Shown: positions 1 to 7,569 of the stretch, piece by piece
Position numbering within the stretch: the stretch's first letter is position 1
Layout: every line of letters begins with the position of its first letter
DNA from: an uncultured virus (IMG/VR IMGVR_UViG_3300047673_000352)
Taxonomy: Duplodnaviria > Heunggongvirae > Uroviricota > Caudoviricetes
DNA length: 20,000 nt
Virus record (IMG/VR): IMGVR_UViG_3300047673_000352
Reading direction: 5' to 3' (one strand)
Position numbers and translations under genes: made by a program
The notes under the pieces: generated by a model
Seen by the model: only the letters and a program-made list of their open reading frames with translations
What the model was told of the DNA's origin: nothing
Database searches by the model: none

Positions 1-2
1 AC

Positions 3-767
3 ATCGGAGCGCAAACGTATGACCGATGCACGCCCGCCTTTGCGAACGCGTATGCCCGGAAGGTCACCGGCAAGATCGCGGCTGACCGCAGCATCTGGAA
101 TCTCGACACGGTTGTGCGTTACATTGCGCCGGAAGACTTCTACCATCAGCTGGTCACTCGCCATAGTTCGCGCATCCGGTGGGAGACTGCGATGCACGCG
201 GATTCCATCGTGTACGGCCAGAAAGAATACAAGTTCGTCAATACCGCGCCGCTGCCTGTGATCATGAAGGCGTGCGGCTTGCACCAGGGCAGCTTGCCTG
301 AAGCGCTTTTCGAATCCAGCAAGATCGAAGTGCTGCGCTATCGCCTTCCCGCTGGCACGGATGTGTTCCAAACGCTTTACTTCCCAGAGTCGGATATCCG
401 CTGCTTCCGCGCGTCGATCACCAGCGACCTGCTGATTGTCGAGCGCGTCAAGGGCATCGAGTGCAACCGCTTTCCGGAGTCTGTCGAGCTATCGTACATC
501 TGCGCGGCTTTCGGCCTGGATGCGTTCGCGGACCTGACTGAGATTGAACGCGTGGACCAGCGCTATGGTAAGATAATTGAATTGCCGCGTGATACTCGCG
601 AAGCCATTCTGTTCGAACTGACGCACGCGTACAACGTGTTCAGCATCGGTCGGTTCGCGACGTGGCGCAATCTTTTGCTGGACGATGTGGTTAAGGATAT
701 CGACATTGTTCAGCAACTCATGGCAGCGTCCTCGTATGGGCGCGCAAAGGTGCTGGCGCATCGGTAG
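3..767 (+). CDS. FAD/NAD-dependent oxidoreductase-like protein, 5'-truncated (gene starts upstream of the window)
   Basis: The frame is open from nt 3 (IGAQTYDRC...RSIWNLDTVVRYIAPEDF), so 114 is not the true start. It contains 'FVNTAPLP' and C-terminal 'VFSIGRFATW', similar to the (I/V)xTxP and GRxxxW/Y motifs of UDP-galactopyranose mutase/amine-oxidase-fold flavoproteins. The N-terminal GxGxxG would lie outside the window. Confidence 0.6.
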   Translation: MGAQTYDRCTPAFANAYARKVTGKIAADRSIWNLDTVVRYIAPEDFYHQLVTRHSSRIRWETAMHADSIVYGQKEYKFVNTAPLPVIMKACGLHQGSLPEALFESSKIEVLRYRLPAGTDVFQTLYFPESDIRCFRASITSDLLIVERVKGIECNRFPESVELSYICAAFGLDAFADLTEIERVDQRYGKIIELPRDTREAILFELTHAYNVFSIGRFATWRNLLLDDVVKDIDIVQQLMAASSYGRAKVLAHR

Positions 768-776
768 GAGAGCGAA

Positions 777-1001
777 GTGAGCCGTCAACCGTATCACATC
801 AACCAAGGATCGCAGCTGTATAGTGATCTAATCACCGTCTTACGTCTTCTTGGAGAAGGCGGCACACCCATCTCTTTATTTCAGCGACCAGACGGAAAGA
901 CCTGGGTTCTGGGCGTGCGCGGAAAGACGTTTGAAGACCTCTCGCTGAACCGCGTAATCGAGCGAGCAGGCCGCGAGCTTACAACGGTATTCGACCGTTA
1001 A
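777..1001 (+). CDS. hypothetical protein (74 aa)
   Basis: GTG start with AGGAG SD at about 766-770; fills the gap between flanking genes. Confidence 0.75.
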   Translation: MSRQPYHINQGSQLYSDLITVLRLLGEGGTPISLFQRPDGKTWVLGVRGKTFEDLSLNRVIERAGRELTTVFDR

Positions 1002-1015
1002 CAAAGGAGTGTATC

Positions 1016-1600
1016 ATGATGTTCTTTACAGAACCCGCTGTATCGCAACACCCGCTTTACATCTTCGATCTGGGCGGCACGCTGGCCTTTATCGACCATC
1101 GCCGTCACCTGGTAACTGCACCTGACGATAATAGCTGTCGCCACTGCTTCCAGGGCCATGCATACGACGATGCAAACGGATCGGCGCAATGCCCTGCTTG
1201 CAAGGGCACCGGAAAGTTCGTGCCTGACTGGGATGCCTTCTTCGAAGCCTGTGACCGTGACGCGCCCAATTGGCCCGTCATCGGCACGATGCTGCAGTTG
1301 TACAGCGTTGGTTGCGACATCCGTATCTGGAGCGGTCGCAGCGACGCTGTGAAGCAGAAGACGCTGATGTGGCTGCACGCGGCAACCCGGATTCCGCTGA
1401 TCAAGCTGGAGATGATGCTGAAGATGCGCGCGGCTGACGACTTCACGCCAGACGACCAGCTGAAGCGCAAGTGGCTCAACCTCATGGGCAAGCAGGAGCG
1501 TGCACGCCTCTCCGCTGTGTTCGATGACCGCAACAAGGTTGTCGCAATGTGGCGTGAAGCGGGCGTGCCGTGCTTTCAAGTCGCTCTAGGAGAGTTCTGA
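1016..1600 (+). CDS. HAD-family phosphatase (T4 PseT/polynucleotide kinase 3'-phosphatase-domain-like) with zinc-ribbon insert
   Basis: Motif I 'IFDLGGTL', motif II 'WSGR', 'MR..DDF.PD..LK', motif IV 'FDDRNKVVAMWR..GV.CFQV..GEF'; insert CRHC...CPACKGTG; SD AAGGAG upstream. Confidence 0.85.
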   Translation: MMFFTEPAVSQHPLYIFDLGGTLAFIDHRRHLVTAPDDNSCRHCFQGHAYDDANGSAQCPACKGTGKFVPDWDAFFEACDRDAPNWPVIGTMLQLYSVGCDIRIWSGRSDAVKQKTLMWLHAATRIPLIKLEMMLKMRAADDFTPDDQLKRKWLNLMGKQERARLSAVFDDRNKVVAMWREAGVPCFQVALGEF

Positions 1601-1824
1601 TGGACTTGCGCAAACTCAGAGCCGCGAATGTTCTCATTGACGAACTCGATGAGATCGACGGCAAGATCAATAAGGTGAAGAACCACCTTGGCGTCACGCT
1701 TTATGGCGCGTACCAGGATGAGGTCATCTGCGATGTTGCACGTCCTGCGCTCCTTGCACACTTCAATGAAAAGCGTGCACAAATCGTTGCGCAACTCAAG
1801 GAATTGGGCGTAACTGCTGATTGA
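1600..1824 (+). CDS. hypothetical protein (74 aa)
   Basis: ATG at 1600 overlaps the upstream TGA (TGATG); AGGAG SD; starts MDLRKLRAANVL. Confidence 0.75.
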   Translation: MDLRKLRAANVLIDELDEIDGKINKVKNHLGVTLYGAYQDEVICDVARPALLAHFNEKRAQIVAQLKELGVTAD

Positions 1825-1920
1825 TTCCACTCGCTTAGAACAGAGGTAGTCAGTTACGATTACCTCACTTAAACGAATTGCCTAAGTAGTTCTTACCAAC
1901 ACAGAAAGGAGCAGAAAGAC

Positions 1921-2373
1921 ATGCAAACGAACCGCGACCCGATGCACGCCGCTGGCGGCGACTTCATCACCGGCCAAATGCAGCGCGAGCAGGCCACGAG
2001 CAATCAAACTTTGACGGCTCGCCAGCGCTCCAAGCGCGTGACGCTGACCATGAAGGACGACTATGCGCTGGTCCAGTGGATGCACAACCGCGAGCCGCAG
2101 TATGGCGAAACGCCGCAAGACATCTTCGTCCAGGCCAGCGCCGCGCTGAACATCCCAGGCCTGAACTCCGACCACATCCGCACGCGCCTGATCGCCCTGG
2201 CGGATACGTTGCCCAAGGCGAAGTGCGCACCGCTCTCGTTGGAACAGCGCATCGACCGGCTGGAGCGTCTGGGCGTGATCATCGCACGTCTGCGCACGAA
2301 CGGCGATTCTGGCACGGTGGCAGAACTCGCGTTCCTGGCGGACTTCGAGAACGCCGTTGCTCAAGCATCTTAA
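1921..2373 (+). CDS. hypothetical protein (150 aa)
   Basis: Strong SD (AAAGGAG) and phage-like codon usage; no recognisable motif. Confidence 0.75.
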   Translation: MQTNRDPMHAAGGDFITGQMQREQATSNQTLTARQRSKRVTLTMKDDYALVQWMHNREPQYGETPQDIFVQASAALNIPGLNSDHIRTRLIALADTLPKAKCAPLSLEQRIDRLERLGVIIARLRTNGDSGTVAELAFLADFENAVAQAS

Positions 2374-2402
2374 ATCGTCGGCAAGCAATTAGGAATCCGA
2401 AC

Positions 2403-3266
2403 ATGCAAGTCAAACTCATCAGCCACACGCCTGACGCGCTGAACCTTCTCATCGGCACGAAGACCACGCGCATGCGCGGCAAGTCGCCGGAAGAGATGAC
2501 CGACGCAGAGCGATACGAGCACTTCAGCTACATGCTCGACACGATCAAGTCGCCGTTTGAATTCGTTGACTACATCTTCGAGATCACCGGCGTGAGCAAG
2601 AATTTTTCGCATCAACTCGTGCGTACACGTACTGGCGCATACCAGCAGGAAACGAGTCGCGCTCTGGAAGTTACGGAAACGGTGCGGCCTGACGCGTTTG
2701 CATGGCCCGATCTTTCCGATGAAGCACCTTACGATCAATCGACGGCCAAACAATGCTCGCTCGCAAGCTTGTTTGATGACGCCGTTGCGGACGCCAACGC
2801 GCACTACCAGCAGTTGATCGCAGCTGGGGCCGCGCTCCAAGACGCTCGCGCCGTCCTTCCGTCGAATATGCAGACGGCAATCAAGGCGAAGTTCAACCTG
2901 CGTACGATGTCCGATATGGCCAAGAACCGGCTCTGCGCGCGTACGCAAGGCGAATACCAGCAGGCGTACCGGCTCATGCGCGCGGCTGTTCTCGCCGTCC
3001 ATCCGTGGGCTGATCCGTTGTTGCAAGTCGCCTGCGTTGCGACCGGCCAGTGCGCCTTCCCGCGTTGGGGCGGAAAGGTTCTGAATCCGAATGACGCTGC
3101 TGACAAGGCGGTGATCGAGAGGCGTGGTGGAGCGATCTACCAATGCCCGCATTACCGTCCGTGGATGGACCTGGCGAAGCAGAAAGAAGAGTTGCGCATT
3201 TCGTTCTGGAGTCGCGAGGAACTGGCACAAGCCAACCCGGTCGCAAAGAACGGCAAGAGCATGTAA
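2403..3266 (+). CDS. thyX: ThyX-family flavin-dependent thymidylate synthase homologue with divergent signature
   Basis: Likely start MQVKLISHTP at 2403 (AGGA SD); 'SPFEFVDYIFEITGVS..FSHQLVRTR..AYQQETSR', 'DARAVLP', 'FNLR', 'RLC.R.Q.E' follow the Thy1 fold. The track's 2076 start is an upstream extension overlapping another gene. Confidence 0.88.
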   Translation: MQVKLISHTPDALNLLIGTKTTRMRGKSPEEMTDAERYEHFSYMLDTIKSPFEFVDYIFEITGVSKNFSHQLVRTRTGAYQQETSRALEVTETVRPDAFAWPDLSDEAPYDQSTAKQCSLASLFDDAVADANAHYQQLIAAGAALQDARAVLPSNMQTAIKAKFNLRTMSDMAKNRLCARTQGEYQQAYRLMRAAVLAVHPWADPLLQVACVATGQCAFPRWGGKVLNPNDAADKAVIERRGGAIYQCPHYRPWMDLAKQKEELRISFWSREELAQANPVAKNGKSM

Positions 3267-3304
3267 CATTCCGTAGTACAACGAATAAGAAAAGGAACAA
3301 AGCC

Positions 3305-4051
3305 ATGAAGAAAGTTGCTGTAGTAGCCGCCCTAGCGTTTGCGTCCGTGGGAGCGCACGCTGAGTCCTGGTTCAGCTTTGAAGCTGGAGTAGGTGCGTCA
3401 TCCTACACGCGTGATGGCCCAGGCATCTACTACAGCCCTGGCTTCAAGTACAGCGCGCCGGTCAACGCTTTCGCATTCCGCGTGGGCGTCGTATCCACCG
3501 TCATCGACGCTAAGCCGCGCTCTTTCGTTCCTGGCTTGCGCATTCACGCCGACTATCTCAACTTCGGTGGCATCAAATGGTCATCCGACTCGCCGCAGGA
3601 TTCGAGTGACTTCACAGATCGCGGCATGGTCGGCGGCTACGATCCGAAAGCGAAGGCCTGCATCAACCATACGTGCGGGCAAATGTCTGACTTCGAATCG
3701 TTCGGACGTATCCAGGCGATTGCGCTGACGCTGGAGCCGTATTGGGCGCTGAAGAACGGCTGGACCGTAGGCGTCGAAGTTGGACCGGCGCTGTATCGCG
3801 ACACATGGGTTACAAGCGCAACCGTTCTCACGGACGGCTTCAAGCTTGGCCCGCCCGGAACGGTCCACCACCTGACAACGGAGCCGAAGTTGCACATGGG
3901 CACGGTCGTCGGCGCGAGCGTTTCGAAAGGCCCGTTCAGTGTCCGGTACACGTACATATTCGCGCGCCCGTCACAGACCGGTGCCCAAGATTGGCAATCG
4001 CAATCGGGTGTGACAGGGGCGCATATGCTGACCCTCAACTACACCTTCTAA
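3305..4051 (+). CDS. outer-membrane beta-barrel protein with Sec signal peptide
   Basis: MKKVAVVAALAFASVGAHA|ES signal peptide (A-x-A), alternating amphipathic strands, C-terminal beta-signal LTLNYTF; SD AAAGGA. Confidence 0.8.
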   Translation: MKKVAVVAALAFASVGAHAESWFSFEAGVGASSYTRDGPGIYYSPGFKYSAPVNAFAFRVGVVSTVIDAKPRSFVPGLRIHADYLNFGGIKWSSDSPQDSSDFTDRGMVGGYDPKAKACINHTCGQMSDFESFGRIQAIALTLEPYWALKNGWTVGVEVGPALYRDTWVTSATVLTDGFKLGPPGTVHHLTTEPKLHMGTVVGASVSKGPFSVRYTYIFARPSQTGAQDWQSQSGVTGAHMLTLNYTF

Positions 4052-4088
4052 ACGGTATTATCAACCCCTTCTCTCCAAGGTATATCAA

Positions 4089-4952
4089 ATGCCCCGTACC
4101 ATTAACGACAACATCGCCGTCTTCGATATCGACGGCTGCATCAGCGATGACGTGTGGCGTCGCGCCCGCATTCCGGAAGGCGCTGAGCACTCGCTTCAAT
4201 ACGAATACTATCACGCCGGTTGCAGCGATGATCCGCCCTTGGCCATCGGCTCAGAAGTGCTGCGCACGCACATCGCTCGCGGCGACTTCATCGTGTTCTG
4301 CACGGCACGTCCGATGAAGGTTTCTGGCGAGACATCGAAGTGGATCAGCGATCATTTCGGCATCTCGCCGGATGGTGACTTTGTCATCTTGATGCGTGGG
4401 GACGGCGACAACCGCAGCGCCGTCGAAGTGAAGCGTGAAATGGCAAGCTTCTTGCGCGGGTTCGAAGACCAGACCAAGCGCAAGGTCATCGCGGCGTACG
4501 ATGACCGACAAGACATCGTGGACATGTACCGCGAGAACGGATACATTGCGCAGCTGCTGGACGCGAACGGGCTGACGCCGCTGGCACCGGGCGCATCCTT
4601 TTTGCCGGAGGCAGACGCCGCGCTGCAGAAGCCGCTGAAGTTGCTTGGCGTGGCGGAGATTCTGGAAGAAGCCGCGCAGACCTTCCGCGAACGCAACGCT
4701 GTCTATCGCGACAACGCTGTGAAGGTTGGCGACTTGATGGCGGTGCTTTTCCCGCACGGCGTGACGCTTCGGACGGCTAAAGATCACCGCGCGTATCATC
4801 TGTTTGAGCTGATGATCGTCAAGCTGACGCGCTTCGTCAACAGCGATTTGCGTCACCAAGACTCGATCCGCGATCTGGCCGTGTACGCGGCGATGGTCGA
4901 GAGCCTTGTTGACCAGCACGAAATCGAAGTGCGCGACGAGTGGAGCGAATGA
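4089..4952 (+). CDS. fusion of an N-terminal HAD phosphatase and a C-terminal all-helical nucleotide-modification-associated (Nmad1/DUF6378-like, MazG-like) domain
   Basis: HAD motifs FDIDGC, TARP, K and YDDR; C-terminal 'EILEEAAQTFRERNAVY...KLTRF...HQDSIRDLAVYAAM' resembles DUF6378/DUF1599-type domains (recalled pattern). Confidence 0.75.
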   Translation: MPRTINDNIAVFDIDGCISDDVWRRARIPEGAEHSLQYEYYHAGCSDDPPLAIGSEVLRTHIARGDFIVFCTARPMKVSGETSKWISDHFGISPDGDFVILMRGDGDNRSAVEVKREMASFLRGFEDQTKRKVIAAYDDRQDIVDMYRENGYIAQLLDANGLTPLAPGASFLPEADAALQKPLKLLGVAEILEEAAQTFRERNAVYRDNAVKVGDLMAVLFPHGVTLRTAKDHRAYHLFELMIVKLTRFVNSDLRHQDSIRDLAVYAAMVESLVDQHEIEVRDEWSE

Positions 4953-5131
4953 CCGTGGCCATCGACATCGTACGCACGCGCGACCGTGCGAAAATCTTCA
5001 GCGACGAACTGGCAAAGATCGTCCAGAAGCACGTGGAAGAAACCACCGGACGCCAGGTGCACTCCGTCGAATTCCACGCAGGCCGCAACGAACTTGGTGC
5101 GGTAACAATTCACTTCGAGTTCAAGGATTAA
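4949..5131 (+). CDS. hypothetical protein (60 aa)
   Basis: ATGA overlap with the upstream stop, GGAG SD at 4942-4945. Confidence 0.7.
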   Translation: MTVAIDIVRTRDRAKIFSDELAKIVQKHVEETTGRQVHSVEFHAGRNELGAVTIHFEFKD

Positions 5132-5133
5132 GC

Positions 5134-5811
5134 ATGACCAAGCACATTCTCGTAACCGGTTCGTCAACCGGCCTGGGCGCGGCAGTCTGCGTTGCACTCC
5201 GTGATGCCGGTCATTTCGTGCACGAGTACGATGTGATCAACGGCGATGACGTTCGCAATCCGTCGCGCTGGCTCAAAGACCTGCCGCAGCTGGATGCGAT
5301 CATCAACTGCGCAGGCATCAACGACAACCGCTGGTTCGAAGAGGTTCAAGAGCGCGATTTTTTCGAACTGATGGACGTGAATGCGTTTTCCTTTGTCCGG
5401 ATGACGCAGGCCGTCTTGCCGCAGCTGAAGCGTTCGCGTGGTTTTGTGATCAACATAGTGTCCAATGCTGCACACATGCCAATGACGTCGAGCCTTTCAT
5501 ACAACGCGTCGAAGGCTGCAGCGCTGATGATCACGAAGCAGATGGCGCACGAACTGACGCCGAAATACGGCATCACCGTCTTCAGCGTGTCACCGAACAA
5601 ACTGGCGGGCACCGGTATGTCGAAGGCTATCGAAGCCAACGTGTGCAAGGTGCGCGGCTGGTCGCCGGAATACGCGGCTGAGTATCAGAAGAAGGCGTTG
5701 ATGCACGGTCTGGAAACGCCGCCCGAAGCCGTGGCGGAACTCATCAGCGGTCTGTTGACGGTCGGCAACGGGCTGTATCTGTCCGGTTGTGACATTCCGT
5801 TTGGAAAATAA
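5134..5811 (+). CDS. short-chain dehydrogenase/reductase (classical SDR)
   Basis: TGSSTGLG (TGxxxGxG), NCAG, catalytic Ser (IVSNA), YNASK (YxxxK), VSP; start MTKHILV at 5134 with AAGGA SD. Confidence 0.92.
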   Translation: MTKHILVTGSSTGLGAAVCVALRDAGHFVHEYDVINGDDVRNPSRWLKDLPQLDAIINCAGINDNRWFEEVQERDFFELMDVNAFSFVRMTQAVLPQLKRSRGFVINIVSNAAHMPMTSSLSYNASKAAALMITKQMAHELTPKYGITVFSVSPNKLAGTGMSKAIEANVCKVRGWSPEYAAEYQKKALMHGLETPPEAVAELISGLLTVGNGLYLSGCDIPFGK

Positions 5812-5821
5812 GGAGTAGGAA

Positions 5822-6076
5822 ATGAAAGGCAAGGAAATGCTTGGCTACACGATGCGCGATATCGTCACCGGCTTCGTCGGCGTTGCAGTCGGCCACGTTG
5901 AGTACATCACCGGATGCGATCAACTTCTGCTGGTGCCGTCCGTCGATGAGAGCGGCAAGCTGCGCGAGTCCAATTGGTTCGACACGCAGCGCTGCGAACT
6001 CCTTCCGACTCAGCCTGTCGTGACCGTGGACAACAGCAAGTTCAACGGACCCGACAAGGAAGCGCCCAAGCGCTGA
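5822..6076 (+). CDS. hypothetical protein (84 aa)
   Basis: AAGGAG SD; 'RDIVTGFVG...YITGCDQLL..P...WFD..R' small beta-rich phage protein. Confidence 0.8.
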   Translation: MKGKEMLGYTMRDIVTGFVGVAVGHVEYITGCDQLLLVPSVDESGKLRESNWFDTQRCELLPTQPVVTVDNSKFNGPDKEAPKR

Positions 6077-6082
6077 ACGCAG

Positions 6083-6298
6083 ATGTCTCTCGAAAAGGAT
6101 TTGCGCGAAGCCGTCACGGAACTCGCATTCGAAGACGAAGCCGCTGCCCAAGTGGTTTTGCTCTTCGTTCGCGGCATGACCGGCGACACCCATGACCAGT
6201 CCGCGTCTTCGATGACGTTCCACCTTGGGCAAGCGCTCATGGAACACGAAGGCGACCCGGAAGACTCGATCAACGCAACACCAACTCAGCAAGGTTAA
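6083..6298 (+). CDS. hypothetical acidic protein (71 aa)
   Basis: Tightly packed between neighbours (6-nt and 3-nt gaps); SD weak. Confidence 0.65.
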   Translation: MSLEKDLREAVTELAFEDEAAAQVVLLFVRGMTGDTHDQSASSMTFHLGQALMEHEGDPEDSINATPTQQG

Positions 6299-6301
6299 GC
6301 A

Positions 6302-6826
6302 ATGCCACACTTTCGTGTAGAACAAATCGCCCTGTGCGCAGACAACTCCGTGCGCGCGCGCAACTTCCTGGCTGATCTGGGCCTGTCCGAATGGCACCAC
6401 GATACGGTCGTTGCACGCGGCTCCGTCTTCACGGAGAAAGACTGCGAGAACACCGCGCATCTGGCCTTCAACTATCAGGCCGGCAACGGTTCGGACTCTG
6501 GCGCGGGCAAGCCGCTGGAACTCGAAATTCTCGATTATGTCGAAGGCGATAACTGGATGGAAGTATCGCGCGAGTCTGGCGAAACGGGCCAATTCGGCGC
6601 GGTGAGCCACTTGGGCATGCACGTGACGGAAGAAGAGTTGACCGGCTTCGACCTCGTGATGCAAAAGCACGACATCAAGATCGCCCAGCGCGTCGTAACG
6701 CAGTCGCACACCAACCCGGTGATCAAGGACTCGCGTCGCTACAAGTACGTGATCTATGACACGCGCTTCTTGATCGGTGTCGATCTGAAGTTCATCGTGC
6801 GTCTTCCGTACAATTCGGCGCAGTAA
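6302..6826 (+). CDS. VOC/glyoxalase-superfamily enzyme (methylmalonyl-CoA epimerase-like)
   Basis: Two beta-alpha-beta-beta-beta modules: 'VEQIALC', 'LELEILDY..G.N', 'VSHLGMHV', 'YVIYDTR..IGVDLKFI'. Confidence 0.72.
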   Translation: MPHFRVEQIALCADNSVRARNFLADLGLSEWHHDTVVARGSVFTEKDCENTAHLAFNYQAGNGSDSGAGKPLELEILDYVEGDNWMEVSRESGETGQFGAVSHLGMHVTEEELTGFDLVMQKHDIKIAQRVVTQSHTNPVIKDSRRYKYVIYDTRFLIGVDLKFIVRLPYNSAQ

Positions 6827-6950
6827 AATAGGCGCGTTCCGTCTACTCAAAGACAGCCAAGGAACGTCGCCAACATACGGTTTCAAGCCAGGCTGCGGCC
6901 GTCGATGTTGGTTCGGCTCTGGCTCTCAGCCGTAATCCGTTTGCCCAAGG

Positions 6951-6976
6951 AGCCGCGCCCGTCGCGGCTTTTTGTT
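6951..6976 (+). terminator. intrinsic terminator
   Basis: AGCCGCG-cccgt-CGCGGCT followed by TTTTGTT. Confidence 0.8.
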
Positions 6977-7002
6977 ACCTCTAGCCAGAAAGGACTAGAT
7001 TC

Positions 7003-7569
7003 ATGTTATTTTCCGTGTTTGACTGGGAAACCACCGGCCTGCCATTTCATCCGGACGCCGAACTATCCAAACAGCCGCGCGCCATCGAATTCGGTGGCAT
7101 CATTACGGACGGCGAAGAGATTCTGGACACGTTGGAGTTCATCTGCAATCCTGGCATTGCCATCGAAGCGATCATCACCGAAATCACCGGGTTGAAGAAT
7201 GAAGACCTGGAAGACAAGCCGCCCTTTGAGCATTTCATTCCGCAACTCACCGGATACTTCGCCGCGACGCGCGGACGGATCGCGCACAACCTGTCGTTCG
7301 ATAAGGGCATCTTAGCCTTCGACCTTCGACGCCTGGGAAAGACGCTGGATGAAGTCTGCTGGCGCGGCTCGAACGGCGATGCCATCGAGATTTGCACGGT
7401 CGAGCAAACCTTCATGAAGTACGGCAAACGGATGCGCCTGCAAGACCTTCATGAACTCCACTTTGGCCCGTACGTCCAGAAGCACAGAGCGCTGGATGAC
7501 GTGATCTTGCTGCACAAAATCGCCAAGGCAGAAGGCGTCTATGAAGCGTTCAAAGGAGTCGCGCGATGA
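7003..7569 (+). CDS. dnaQ: DEDDh 3'-5' exonuclease (DNA polymerase III epsilon-like)
   Basis: ExoI DWETTG, ExoII AHNLSFD, ExoIII HRALDD; ATGA-coupled to DnaE. Confidence 0.92.
   Translation: MLFSVFDWETTGLPFHPDAELSKQPRAIEFGGIITDGEEILDTLEFICNPGIAIEAIITEITGLKNEDLEDKPPFEHFIPQLTGYFAATRGRIAHNLSFDKGILAFDLRRLGKTLDEVCWRGSNGDAIEICTVEQTFMKYGKRMRLQDLHELHFGPYVQKHRALDDVILLHKIAKAEGVYEAFKGVAR

Noticed and set aside
2076..2402. N-terminal extension of ThyX in the ORF track (also 3143, 4906, 10491, 15128 and 16365 starts)
   Set aside because: Most of these extensions overlap other genes or hairpins; better starts with SD or translational coupling exist at 2403, 3305, 5134, 10572, 15323 and 16410.
6831..6875. 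tRNA-like look (GGCG...CGCCA)
   Set aside because: No cloverleaf, no TTC T-loop and too short; kept only as part of a generic structured RNA.
6905..7195. 96-aa ORF across the intergenic region
   Set aside because: Crosses the terminator and overlaps the exonuclease out of frame; no SD.
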